Below are positions 35,101 through 43,324 of a stretch of 64,000 nucleotides of DNA, piece after piece (within the stretch, counting starts at the first letter, position 1; each line of letters opens with the position of its first letter). The position numbers were made by a program, and so were the translations under genes. Origin of the DNA: Nanobdellota archaeon (GTDB lineage: Archaea > Nanobdellota > Nanobdellia > Woesearchaeales > JAHIVG01); assembly GCA_043806015.1 (NCBI GenBank), contig JAZDHH010000008.1, positions 37,695 through 101,694 of the forward strand, given 5' to 3'. The notes beneath the pieces are model-generated. The model searched no databases. It had not been told where the DNA came from and saw only the letters and a program-made list of their open reading frames with translations.

Positions 35101-38100
35101 CGGCGATCCCTTCTACACCCTGCTCATGCCGTTCCCTTCAGACGAGGCATTGATTAAGGACTATGCCGGGCAGAGTCATGGCAACAAGAGCTATGGCCCG
35201 ACATGGAACGATTCTGCATACATCATCGAGTTTTCATTAGGTCAGCCGAGAAAATCCATCGACATCCCTGGATCAGTCCTGCGGGAGAACCATACGCTCT
35301 GCGTCTCCTATATCCCCCTCTCCAACCCGCCGGATGACAGCTGGCAGAACAATTCCAACATCTTCTACTATGACGGGAAGACCTGGAACACCAGCCGCAT
35401 TGACGTCGAGTTCGGCAAGGATTACGACCTGAGCGTCGAGATGTACGATTATCTCGGCGGCATCTCGGGAGACTGGAATTCGCCGAACAATGTCTCGGTA
35501 CCCTTCGTGGAGAATTGGTATTGCTATGTCTTCAGGAACAATGCCTCGCTTCGGAACTATGTCAACGGCACCTTCCGCCAGCAGACGAACCTGACCGGTA
35601 AATGGTACAACCTTTCTACGATCGACAAGATCAACCTGGGCAAGGGGGGAAGCGGCCGGAACAACGTGAGCATCACCAACTTCCTGGTCGTCGGAGAGGC
35701 GCTTTCGGATGCCGAAATCGCGATGATCCAGGCGAGAAGATGGGATCGGAGGCACAGCGACAGCACGAGGGTAGGGGATGTGTGGCAGTGCGCCGTCACT
35801 CCCAATGACGGCCTGGACGATGGCATCACCAAGGAGAGCAACAGCCTGGCGATCAGGCCGCTCGGCTGCGGAGACCCGATACGCCAGAGCACGCTGCTCG
35901 ATTATGATCTTATCAACTGCACAGGCAACGGCTTGGAAATCAGGGCCAGCAACATCACCCTGGATTGCGGAGGCCATTCCCTTCTGAGCAGGACTCGGCA
36001 GGGTTATGGGATCTATATCCACGAGCAGTCAGCCATCACAATGAAAGATTGCATCATTAAGAATTTCAGCGTCGCGGCCCTCGTGAATCACAGCCAAATT
36101 GTTTCCTTGTCCGGCTTCCTGGCCGAGAATAATTCCGAAGGGATTTATTTCCGAGATAGCAGCCACGTCATCATCACCAACAACACTGTCCAAAACCATT
36201 CCTATGATGGCATTTCGGTCTTCTCGGTGAGCTTCCCTTCCACGAACGTGACTGTTTCCAGAAATCATGTCCTGAGGAATCGCTATGGCATCTCCCTCTC
36301 CGTCAATAAGAGCCTCATCTCCCAGAACCTTGCCGAGCTCAACCAGATTGTCGGCATCGTCGTCCAGAACAACGCAACTCAGGTGACGATCGCGGACAAC
36401 AGGGCGACCAGGAACCAGCAGGGGATCATCCTCTACTCTGTTTCCTCCCCCAACATATCCGTGCAGCACAATGTCGTGGCAAACAACACCTTTTATGGGA
36501 TACGGCTCTGGAAGACCCGAAATGCTGCGGTTTCCCATAATATCGTGCAGCGCAATGCGGAGGGCTACCGCCTGGACGAGGCTGTCGGCAACCGCCTCTG
36601 GAACAACACCCTTGTGAACAACACCGTAAGCGCGAATGAGACATCCACCGCGACAGGGAATCAGTGGAACCTTAGCACGGTCGGCAACTATTGGTCTGAC
36701 TTCCCCGACAACCCCGGCTACCCCTTGAGCTATGTCGTTCCCGGGCCAGGCGACGGCGTTGATTGGCATCCCTGGGGAGCGTTCATCAACATCACCAATC
36801 ATCCGCCGGTCATGGGGAACCTTTCGAATCAGTCGATCTTCGAGAACCAGACGCTGGTCATAGACGTGAACGCGACAGACCCTGATAATGACACCCTCTT
36901 CTACGGGACAAACGCTTCACTTGCCCTTCCAAGCCCGTCCTCCTTTAACACATCCACCGGCCTCTTCCAATGGACGCCTTCCTTTAGCAGCGCAGGCGCC
37001 TATGCGGTCGGTTTCAACGTCTCGGACGGCAACCTGAGCGACCGCAGGGCCATCACCATCACGGTCGTCAACGTCAACAGGCCGCCGGTCATTACGACAT
37101 CGCCGCCTCTCAACGCCACCGAAGGCGTCCCTTATATCTATGATATGAATGCCACTGACCCGGACAACGAGACGCTGACCTATCTCCTGCCCGTCGCTCC
37201 AGCGAACATGTCTATCAATGCTTCCACCGGCCTCATCCGGTGGGTGCCGAACGCGAGCCAGGTCGGCAACCACAGCGTCGTGGTCAGGGCGACTGACGGC
37301 CAGGCGAACGCGACGCAGTCCTACACCCTCCGCGTCTTTGACTTCCTTTACTGCGGCGACAACATCACGCAGAGCACGGTCATGGTGAACGACGTGCTCA
37401 ACTGCCCGGGCTTTGGCCTGCAGATCCGGTCGGACAACATAACCCTTGACTGCAACGGCCACCGCATCACCGGCGCTCCAGGAACCTACGGGATCCACAT
37501 GACCCAGCGGAACAACATTACCGTGAAGGGCTGCACTGTCGAGGGCTTCAGCCATGGCACGGCGGTCTACCAATACCGTAATCGCATCATCAATAATACT
37601 TTCCGGCTGAATAGTGAGGGCATCTACCTCCACAGCATCAACGGCAACAACCTCATCGAGGACAACACGCTCGATGAAAACTTAAACTACGGCCTGAGGA
37701 TCCACGAAAGCTCGGCGAACGTGGTTCGGAACAATGTCATGCGGGAAAATGGGCTGGTCGACCTGTTCCCCGAATCATGGGGAGCTGACAATCCCTGCGC
37801 CAACCAGGTCGAAGGCAACATCGGCTCGGGCAACAGGCCTATCCTCTTTGTCAATAGCCCATCTACCGTCTATGGTCTCTCTCTTTCCGAGCTTGTGCTT
37901 TGCATGGCGCACGGGTCGACGGTCACGAATATCACGGTCGAAGGCTCTGCGGTGTTGCAGAATAATGGCCTTTATTTCATGATGACCAATACCTCGACAG
38001 TCACCGGCTCCCGCTTCATCGGGAATCGCGTCGGCATCAGCGCTTTTTCCAGCAGCAGGAACGCCATCGCTGGCAACCAGTTTGAGGCGAACGGAGAGAA

Positions 38101-39148
38101 CGCCTATGAAAATGACCGTGCAGTGGAGAATGCCTGGAACCTCAGCACCATCGGGAACTGGTGGTCTGACTTCGGGCAGAATCCAGGCTATCCGTATTAT
38201 TACGAGATTTCCGGCCCTGGCGCTGGCATAGATTGGCACCCGATCGGCGGCATCCTGCAAATCGACCCCAACCGATCCTCTGTCTTCCTGACCGCTTCGA
38301 ACATGGCCGGCATGACCACCTGCCCTGCCGGCGACAGCCCTCCCTATCAGTTCCTTGCCGTCGTTCTCCGCAACGCAGGAGGCAATCCTGTATCAGGGAT
38401 CCCGGCAAGTCGCTTCACCTTCCTCGTATCTCCGGTGCCTGGCACCAACACCCAATGCGTAGGCAGCTGCTCGGCGACCTTCAATCCATGGGATGCGCAG
38501 ACGAATGCCTCGGGAACCATCCGCTTTGAGATCATTGGCGACACCTCCATGGTGGGGAACCTGAGCATCCAGGCCAGGATTGACAACCAAACGATTCCTG
38601 ATGCCCCTGTGCTCCCCTGCAAGCCCTTGGACATCACGGTCGACGGGGCGGTGGGACTTCCTGATTTCACATTGTTTGGCCGAGATTATAACAGTACCGA
38701 ATGGAGGAGCGATTTCACATGGGATGGGTATGTCGGTTTGGGCGACTTCAGCATGTTCGGCGGGCATTATACACATCACAATGGCTCGATGGACCTTGGC
38801 ATCCCGCCATTGTCAGAAGATGACCTTGCGGCATTACTGCTTAAGGAAGGCTCAGAAAGCGAAGATGGGGAAACGGGATCCGCGGAAGCCGAAGGATCGC
38901 CCATCGCTGAAGTCAGCGAGCCGGAAGCTACCCCTCAGGATGAAGTGATTGAAAGGGCTACCGACGCTATCCTCACGGAAGACCCTGGAGAAGTCATTGT
39001 TGTCCCCGCTGGCAGCCCCTTGGAAGCAATCACGCAGAATCAAAGCGAGGACTCGCAGAATGCTTCTCTCATTTCATCTGATGATAGATCTTCAGGATCG
39101 CCTATTTTTCTTAAGGTAACTGACCCTGTATTCTTAAGCAAATCCTAG
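29120..39148 (+). CDS. Giant (3342 aa) surface adhesin-like protein: repeated right-handed beta-helix (PbH1/NosD-like) modules, cadherin-like Ig domains and a C-terminal dockerin-like pair
   Basis: Signal anchor IWIIWIIGLLLLSSVIAFS. The module cap N-WSDFPxNPGYPxxYxxPGPGxGVDxxP occurs five times (nt ~31610, 32796, 34588, 36690, 38158). Ig units read NHPPVxxNLxNQSxxENQTLxIDVNATDPDNDTL...VTNVNRPPV. The dockerin-like repeats are DITVDGAVGLPDFTLFG and DFTWDGYVGLGDFSMFG. Confidence 0.9.
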   Translation: MSSKIWIIWIIGLLLLSSVIAFSNETAGVARIVGESPTEMLRQMKRTDLNINDASYYTIDMQTGYTKYQILNEQFNTRLRSNSNLLPQGQSALSWPTVSSAMQNLNRNELVILESGGDIPPLRAYDNLFAPFYYRPLYPQDVTPWQTSVEQNNPLILFDGPYTGGYLPKEDSFVSRLVRDSTIIAPTAFHSPQFTKSFLCSIWDGKTIGEVFRDARNFHYEGGSTSGRDNLIGLVLQSYMLYGNPLQKIHIGWTATDRQQIKDLCENDHQNLAPDIEFLENVDGNPKFRKHLLFQIPEVNVLSYNGSSIINASNTYQRMEIGELILPMATRTTHFPLRTLITNYSIVSIGDPLEMNVPNLTDYPIYGSRSCLPNSENVSIDIQLDRAENGMDAIFSFFPVKVVNCTSGSVILYREFNYTIDYITFSPTYIKELTFPSDVRKNEKIDLFIQLMPVSINLTNISIVIKDKNDSFQWLVETNSTITSLNASFFAPLQEGLQEYSVEIIDGNDTVSYYPFQVYVTVLELSAGIPVTTPPSPVINLSFQSYHNETFALNASYYLLKNRTILAQGSFDQMIAPGQNLHLLSFTGLNKGNQSYDLLVETAYLGERQSQTFLLTTNNPPLLYLVADAIEESQMALVNVSAIDPDADPVALAINDSRFQRIADNFVWQTGYHDAGSYDVMISAFDGLLMTNRSITVQVAEKLWCNDTVTGFQVLDHNIGNCSSLGIILGENASLYCDGVNISGTGSGTGIWVAGSHATVAGCTITQFGTGMLLQGSNGSFGGNAFLSNQLGIRVNGSWNTIYQNTFTNQKNANETLSNNAWNLSLTGNNWSDFPQNPGFPYRYEVPGPGDGVDWHPIYNSTNHPPVMSNLTNQSFPENQTLIIDVNATDPDNDTLTFGTNASLALPSPSSFNSSTGLFRWTTTFNDSGSYVVSFNVTDGMFSDRKTITITVTNVNRPPVLASMQNYTLTENQTLLVDANATDPDNQSLAFSLLAPPTNMTINSSTGLIRWTPGLSQAGNYTITVRVTDGLLNDTKQFMITVQNYLSCGDSISQSTILTRDLNCPGRGLTVISANVDLDCQGHAIRGSNLDDGVWIQDLANVTVRNCEVSGFLEGVFWYGGSGYRLLDSYLHNNIYVDLRVNGVSVSGVSGNRLAASQRGIHLGNLGSMDSTRINITNNTISANEWGIESQDAVNNTIWNNTFLNNLVQAVSTYQNDWNRTVGNYWSDFPNNTGYPLRYEIGGGGTGMGGVDYAPIWVFAPPQVTNLSAIPNPVGQDRPLNLSATVLSPLPLSVVFEIDHLMNLSTRNMSSRYMNLSPATYPLGNHTFRVIARDYRNQTNASESMVFTVRDVTPPRVTNLTAIPNPVVQYLPINLSARVTDQNNVSAVLFEIDGLKNLTGSRVNDVYFTLQANTSVPGAHAFRVIANDSQNNINRSELSTYNVTAGNRPPSINSSPVTVATETFIYLYDVNASDPDNNTLSYALAQFPQNMTINSSTGLIRWMPGLSQAGLYNITVVVTDGQLNASQDYLLTVQNFLWCGDSILGNLTLGHDIGPCDRGLVIAANNLLFNCSRHRIFGRGNGTAIAIVNRTGVQVTDCLVDTFAYGIAANGTNLSAFTRNRLFNHSQGALMLNGKGLRVSANNISEANWGIILDTGREAAVEDNAIDFADYGILTFVQSASNISRNNISHAAAGILLYGSSFLIVAQNRVMDSSEGLFGYGLSNGRLEMNRLTGNAQGMVLDGAISWMNITNNTLIGGYTGIFFYDTMNSRVTGNNITGQVVGLFMNASSQNTVAQNAFSAAVNANETADSLNNRWNTSIGNQWSDFPQNPGYPLTYIVPGPGNGVDYRPVGQNHPPVLAPIPNRTVNESETLVLDINATDEDNQTLVFGTDASAVLPGAVQFNSTTGILVWTPAQGDAGTYVVLFNVTDGILADNGTSWITVVEDNLPPTQGDPVLVSEFGSNLTEENLICMNQSTLDPEGGRVENVFNWMRVGDPFYTLLMPFPSDEALIKDYAGQSHGNKSYGPTWNDSAYIIEFSLGQPRKSIDIPGSVLRENHTLCVSYIPLSNPPDDSWQNNSNIFYYDGKTWNTSRIDVEFGKDYDLSVEMYDYLGGISGDWNSPNNVSVPFVENWYCYVFRNNASLRNYVNGTFRQQTNLTGKWYNLSTIDKINLGKGGSGRNNVSITNFLVVGEALSDAEIAMIQARRWDRRHSDSTRVGDVWQCAVTPNDGLDDGITKESNSLAIRPLGCGDPIRQSTLLDYDLINCTGNGLEIRASNITLDCGGHSLLSRTRQGYGIYIHEQSAITMKDCIIKNFSVAALVNHSQIVSLSGFLAENNSEGIYFRDSSHVIITNNTVQNHSYDGISVFSVSFPSTNVTVSRNHVLRNRYGISLSVNKSLISQNLAELNQIVGIVVQNNATQVTIADNRATRNQQGIILYSVSSPNISVQHNVVANNTFYGIRLWKTRNAAVSHNIVQRNAEGYRLDEAVGNRLWNNTLVNNTVSANETSTATGNQWNLSTVGNYWSDFPDNPGYPLSYVVPGPGDGVDWHPWGAFINITNHPPVMGNLSNQSIFENQTLVIDVNATDPDNDTLFYGTNASLALPSPSSFNTSTGLFQWTPSFSSAGAYAVGFNVSDGNLSDRRAITITVVNVNRPPVITTSPPLNATEGVPYIYDMNATDPDNETLTYLLPVAPANMSINASTGLIRWVPNASQVGNHSVVVRATDGQANATQSYTLRVFDFLYCGDNITQSTVMVNDVLNCPGFGLQIRSDNITLDCNGHRITGAPGTYGIHMTQRNNITVKGCTVEGFSHGTAVYQYRNRIINNTFRLNSEGIYLHSINGNNLIEDNTLDENLNYGLRIHESSANVVRNNVMRENGLVDLFPESWGADNPCANQVEGNIGSGNRPILFVNSPSTVYGLSLSELVLCMAHGSTVTNITVEGSAVLQNNGLYFMMTNTSTVTGSRFIGNRVGISAFSSSRNAIAGNQFEANGENAYENDRAVENAWNLSTIGNWWSDFGQNPGYPYYYEISGPGAGIDWHPIGGILQIDPNRSSVFLTASNMAGMTTCPAGDSPPYQFLAVVLRNAGGNPVSGIPASRFTFLVSPVPGTNTQCVGSCSATFNPWDAQTNASGTIRFEIIGDTSMVGNLSIQARIDNQTIPDAPVLPCKPLDITVDGAVGLPDFTLFGRDYNSTEWRSDFTWDGYVGLGDFSMFGGHYTHHNGSMDLGIPPLSEDDLAALLLKEGSESEDGETGSAEAEGSPIAEVSEPEATPQDEVIERATDAILTEDPGEVIVVPAGSPLEAITQNQSEDSQNASLISSDDRSSGSPIFLKVTDPVFLSKS

Positions 39149-39230
39149 GGGAACTGAAGGCCCTGAATCGAAAAGCTTTTAAATGCCATTTGCGGTTACA
39201 GACCCATTGATTAAAAAAAGGGTGGTGTGA

Positions 39231-42200
39231 GTGAGACAAGGCAGAGCTACACTGATAGGATTTCTCGCAATCGCGCTGGTCGTCGTCGGCATCCTCCTGG
39301 TCCAGGCGGACGCCCCCAACGGCGGGCCGGACATCAACGTCACTTTTCATGCCGTTGGTGGTGAACGGATATGGTTGAATGAGACGGCAGGAGTCATCAA
39401 CAACATATCCCTGAGCCGCTTCGTCCTCAACCTCTCGAATGTGACGGACAACGGCAACGTCAGCACCATCTGGTATCTGTTCGACGGTGTCCGATACGAG
39501 GTGAATGCTTCGGATAATTGCTCCAACATCTCCCAGGATTTTGTCACCGGATTCTTCACTCCCGGCGTGCATACGCTCGTTGTCTATGCCAACGATTCCA
39601 GCAACAATGTCTCCACCAAAACCTATACCCTCAACGTAACGATCGCCAACGCCACCGCGCTGGAGAACGCCCTCGCGGGCGTGACAGGATTCTCGGTGAA
39701 CCTCACGTTCATGGACAAAAGTGACGCGTACCTCGAAAACTACTCGAACCTGTCGGACTACGTCCTCATCATGAACCGATCCAACATCTGGATTGGCATG
39801 CATAACTTCTCCTTGAACAACATGAACTTCTCTCGTCTCTCGAACATCGGCGTAAACTATACCAATCCAAACCTCTCCCCGCTCGGCTTCAATTTCAGCG
39901 CCTTCGGCTACATCAATTTCAGCGGATTCATCGATAGTAGCAGCTATACGAACGGCACGATTAATTTCTCGACAGGAAATTACACGAAATATTTCTATTG
40001 CACCGGGAATGATCCGGTTAATCCAACCTGCTCCGAAGTCTCTGCATGCGCAGGCAGCATCCCGACGGACAGCGCTTGCTACCTCACCGAGCTCGGCTGG
40101 GCGACGATCTATGTCGACCATTTCAGCGGCGGCGGTGCCGGCAACGACACGACTGCTCCCGTCATTACTATCCTTGTTCCAACCGCCGGGAATTATTCGT
40201 CAAGTTTGCAGAACCTTAGCTGGACAGTAACGGAAGTAAACTATAATGGAACTTTTTATATTACCAATGTGAGCGGTGACGTATTCAACTATTCTGCAAC
40301 ATACAATAACACCGCAGGGATATACTTGGGATTGCCTGATGGCGATATTAACATTACCGTCTATGCCAATGATACCTATCGAAATAATGCATCGGCGTCA
40401 GTCATCGTGCGCATCGACAACACCACGCTTACCGCCTTCGACCTCTTCCTGCCGGCCAACAACTCCATCGCGGCGAACAACAGCCCGAGCTTCAACTGGA
40501 CCAACACGTCGAACAGCAACTTCAGGAACTACACGCTGCAGGTCACCACGGACAGCACCTTCGCGACGATTGGGTATTACAACAACTCCTACGCCTACGA
40601 CACCAACTACACGCTGATCAACGCCTTCCTGGCCAACGAGACGCTCTACTACTGGCGTGTCATCGCCTACGACTACTTCGGGCACGCCGTTACCTCGACA
40701 CATGTTTATAACTACACGCCGGACAGCAAGGCGCCGGTTGTGGCCCTCAGCAAGCCGGCCAACAACACGGCCACGACGCTGAACAACCTGACGTTCAACT
40801 TCACGGTCACTGAGCCCTACATCCATAATTGTACGCTCTATGGCAACTTCAGCGGCGCGTTCGGCGCAAACGGCTCGAACCAGACGGCCATAACCTCGGG
40901 AAGCGTGACCAACATCACCTTCGGCAACCTGACGAACGGCAGCTATGTCTGGAACGTCAAATGCTTCGACGCCGCCTCCAACAGCGCCTTCAACGCCACG
41001 AACTTCACCCTCACAGTCGACACAGTCGCCCCGAACATCACGAACGCGACCATCAACGGTTACGTCCCCGTGAATGACGAGAACATCACCGCGAACGGGA
41101 TTCTGTTCGGTTTCAATGTCACTGACTCGAATATTGATGCCTGTGTTATCTGGGGCAACTTCGGGGGCTCCTGGGCGGCGAACCTCACCAACCATAGCCC
41201 GGTCAGCAAAGCATTGACCAACTTCTCGGCGCTATACCTCACGACCGGCAACTACAACTGGACGGTCTGGTGCAACGACACCGCAGGCAACGGCGTATGG
41301 TACGCGAGCAACTTCAGCTTCAATTTCAGCGACGCTATCGCCCCCAACGTCTCGGTGGCCATGACTTCGGTGGCCGACACAGACACCGACGGGAACATCG
41401 AGCTCGCCTGGACAGACCTCGCCGGGGAAGGGAGCGCCACATATGTAATCTATCGCGCTTCCCAGAACATCACAGCCATCAACAGCACAACGACGAACAT
41501 TTACAATGTTTCGGCGGGCGTACAGTCCTTTGAGGACAACACGACTGCGCATAACACCACCTACGGCTATGCGATCGTGGTCAAGGATGCCGCGGGTAAC
41601 ATCAACTATTTCGTGGTCAGCAACTCCCTCAACTCCACCGCGAACGACGCCATCGCCCCAGCCATGCTCACCGCGGTCACCGCCACCAACACCTCGGAAG
41701 GCACCATCCGCCTCAACTGGACGCCGGTGCGACGGGACACGGCGGGCAACGCGGACAACAATGTGCGCTACTATGTCTTCCGCTTCAACTCCAGCTTCGC
41801 CGCGGACACCATAGTCCTCACCAACTTCAGCCAGGTGAACGTCGCGTTCTTCAATGCGACCGGCTACACTACCACCCGGAGCGAATGGAACGACACCACG
41901 ACAACAGTTCCGGGGCGCGAATACCGCTACATCGTGACCGTGCAGGATGACGGCTTCAACTACAACTCAAGTTTCTTAGCTAACAACGCCTCTGAGACCG
42001 CCAATCCCTGCAACGCCGACTGGACCGAAGTCGGAGACTGCGAAGACGACGAGCAGGACATCCAGCGCATCTGCTACGGTTCATGGACCACTAACCACTC
42101 CACCTGCGACTCCGGCGACGGCACCACCACTCCGTCGGGCGGCAGCGGCGGCGGCGACGAGGGCGATGACGTCGGCGACAGCACGACGCAGGAATGGGAC

Positions 42201-43268
42201 ACCATGGCCGCGAACACCGCGACCATCATGCGCATCGGCCGCACGACCATCGCGATCAACAAGATCACGGTCACTCCATCGAGGGCCTTGAGCAACACCG
42301 GCATCGCGGTCGCCAAGCTGGACTCGCGGCCAGTCAACGCCACGAACTTCACCGGCACGGTCTACGAGTACGACCGCATCATCGCGACCGCAATCCCGGA
42401 CAGCGCCATCAGGAGCGTGGTCATCGAGATCAAGGTGCCGCAGACATGGCTCGAGAGCAACAACATCCTTCGGAGCGAGCTGGCGATGTACCGCTTCAGC
42501 AACAATGCATGGAACAAGCTCACCACGACCTACAAGAACACCACGGGCGGCGTCCTTTACTTCGACGTCGCTACCCCCGGCTTCAGCTATTTCCTCATCG
42601 GCAAGGAAGGGTTGCCTGCGCAGCCAGGGGCGCCGACCTGCGCGGACGAGATACGGAACCAGAACGAGACGGGCGTCGATTGCGGTGGTCCCTGCGACCC
42701 CTGCAACGCCACCATCGCGACCTGCTTCGACGGCATCCGCAACCAGAACGAGACCGGCATCGACTGCGGCGGCCCGTGCGCGCCCTGCGACGGCACCCTG
42801 CCGAGGTGCGACGACGGAGTCAAGAATGGCGACGAGACGGGTGTGGACTGCGGCGGCTTGTGCCCCGCATGCGCAGGGGCGGGAGAGAGCAATGGGAAGA
42901 ATCTGAATTGGCTGCTCCTGGTCATCATCATCGCGGTCGCCCTGCTCGGCCTCACCATGGGCGCCTTGAAGTTCATGAAGCGCCGCGGCGGCTTCCACAT
43001 CGAGCTCCCCAAGCGGGCGAAGAAGGAAGCCCCGAAGATGGCGCCTCCGTCGGATGAGAAGCCCGAGCCGAAAACCCCGGAGAAACCCGTCGAGATCGTC
43101 AAGCCGGCCGAGGAGAAGCCTGTTGAGATCAAGGTCGAGAAGCATATCGAGGTCAAGCCTGTCGAGAAGAAAGGCGCGAAGTCTGAGAAGGATGTGGACG
43201 ACCTGCTCAAGGAGCTCCGCGAGACCGTAGAGAAGGCCAAGACCGAGCGGAAAAAGAAGAAGAAATAA
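39231..43268 (+). CDS. 1345-aa Ig/FN3-rich surface protein with three Cys-rich repeats, a TM anchor and a K/E/P-rich cytoplasmic tail
   Basis: GTG start preceded by GGTGGTG. The signal anchor is LIGFLAIALVVVGILLVQADA. The Cys-rich repeats are C-DxIRNQNETGxDCGGPCxPC x3 (nt ~42640-42870). The TM is LLLVIIIAVALLGLTMGAL, followed by a tail of KPEPKTPEKPVEIVKPAEEKPVEIK... Confidence 0.9.
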   Translation: MRQGRATLIGFLAIALVVVGILLVQADAPNGGPDINVTFHAVGGERIWLNETAGVINNISLSRFVLNLSNVTDNGNVSTIWYLFDGVRYEVNASDNCSNISQDFVTGFFTPGVHTLVVYANDSSNNVSTKTYTLNVTIANATALENALAGVTGFSVNLTFMDKSDAYLENYSNLSDYVLIMNRSNIWIGMHNFSLNNMNFSRLSNIGVNYTNPNLSPLGFNFSAFGYINFSGFIDSSSYTNGTINFSTGNYTKYFYCTGNDPVNPTCSEVSACAGSIPTDSACYLTELGWATIYVDHFSGGGAGNDTTAPVITILVPTAGNYSSSLQNLSWTVTEVNYNGTFYITNVSGDVFNYSATYNNTAGIYLGLPDGDINITVYANDTYRNNASASVIVRIDNTTLTAFDLFLPANNSIAANNSPSFNWTNTSNSNFRNYTLQVTTDSTFATIGYYNNSYAYDTNYTLINAFLANETLYYWRVIAYDYFGHAVTSTHVYNYTPDSKAPVVALSKPANNTATTLNNLTFNFTVTEPYIHNCTLYGNFSGAFGANGSNQTAITSGSVTNITFGNLTNGSYVWNVKCFDAASNSAFNATNFTLTVDTVAPNITNATINGYVPVNDENITANGILFGFNVTDSNIDACVIWGNFGGSWAANLTNHSPVSKALTNFSALYLTTGNYNWTVWCNDTAGNGVWYASNFSFNFSDAIAPNVSVAMTSVADTDTDGNIELAWTDLAGEGSATYVIYRASQNITAINSTTTNIYNVSAGVQSFEDNTTAHNTTYGYAIVVKDAAGNINYFVVSNSLNSTANDAIAPAMLTAVTATNTSEGTIRLNWTPVRRDTAGNADNNVRYYVFRFNSSFAADTIVLTNFSQVNVAFFNATGYTTTRSEWNDTTTTVPGREYRYIVTVQDDGFNYNSSFLANNASETANPCNADWTEVGDCEDDEQDIQRICYGSWTTNHSTCDSGDGTTTPSGGSGGGDEGDDVGDSTTQEWDTMAANTATIMRIGRTTIAINKITVTPSRALSNTGIAVAKLDSRPVNATNFTGTVYEYDRIIATAIPDSAIRSVVIEIKVPQTWLESNNILRSELAMYRFSNNAWNKLTTTYKNTTGGVLYFDVATPGFSYFLIGKEGLPAQPGAPTCADEIRNQNETGVDCGGPCDPCNATIATCFDGIRNQNETGIDCGGPCAPCDGTLPRCDDGVKNGDETGVDCGGLCPACAGAGESNGKNLNWLLLVIIIAVALLGLTMGALKFMKRRGGFHIELPKRAKKEAPKMAPPSDEKPEPKTPEKPVEIVKPAEEKPVEIKVEKHIEVKPVEKKGAKSEKDVDDLLKELRETVEKAKTERKKKKK

Positions 43269-43269
43269 G

Positions 43270-43283
43270 TTTTTTCTTTTTCA
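43270..43283 (+). terminator. Oligo-T terminator candidate
   Basis: GTTTTTTCTTTTTC immediately after the stop codon at 43266-43268. Confidence 0.45.
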
Positions 43284-43294
43284 CTATGCGCATC

Positions 43295-43302
43295 TTTAAA
43301 TA
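43295..43302 (+). promoter_or_regulatory. TATA box TTTAAATA for the CDP-alcohol phosphatidyltransferase gene
   Basis: Centred 27 nt upstream of the ATG at 43325. This argues against the GTG at 43304 as the start. Confidence 0.55.
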
Positions 43303-43324
43303 GGTGCCATCCTTCTCATTCTCT

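Noticed and set aside
31181-38260. Series of 160-444-aa minus-strand ORFs inside the 3342-aa gene (31181-32515, 33050-34330, 35273-36022, 36029-36802, 36917-37633, 37775-38260)
   Set aside because: The plus-strand frame is continuous for 10 kb with repeated recognisable domains. The antisense products are low-complexity R/V/D/G-rich.
14397-43268. Possible CRISPR array, suggested by regularly spaced repeats in the surface-protein genes
   Set aside because: All the repeats are in-frame protein-domain repeats of 80-540 bp with variable identity. There is no 24-40-bp direct repeat with unique-spacer architecture and no cas genes in the window.
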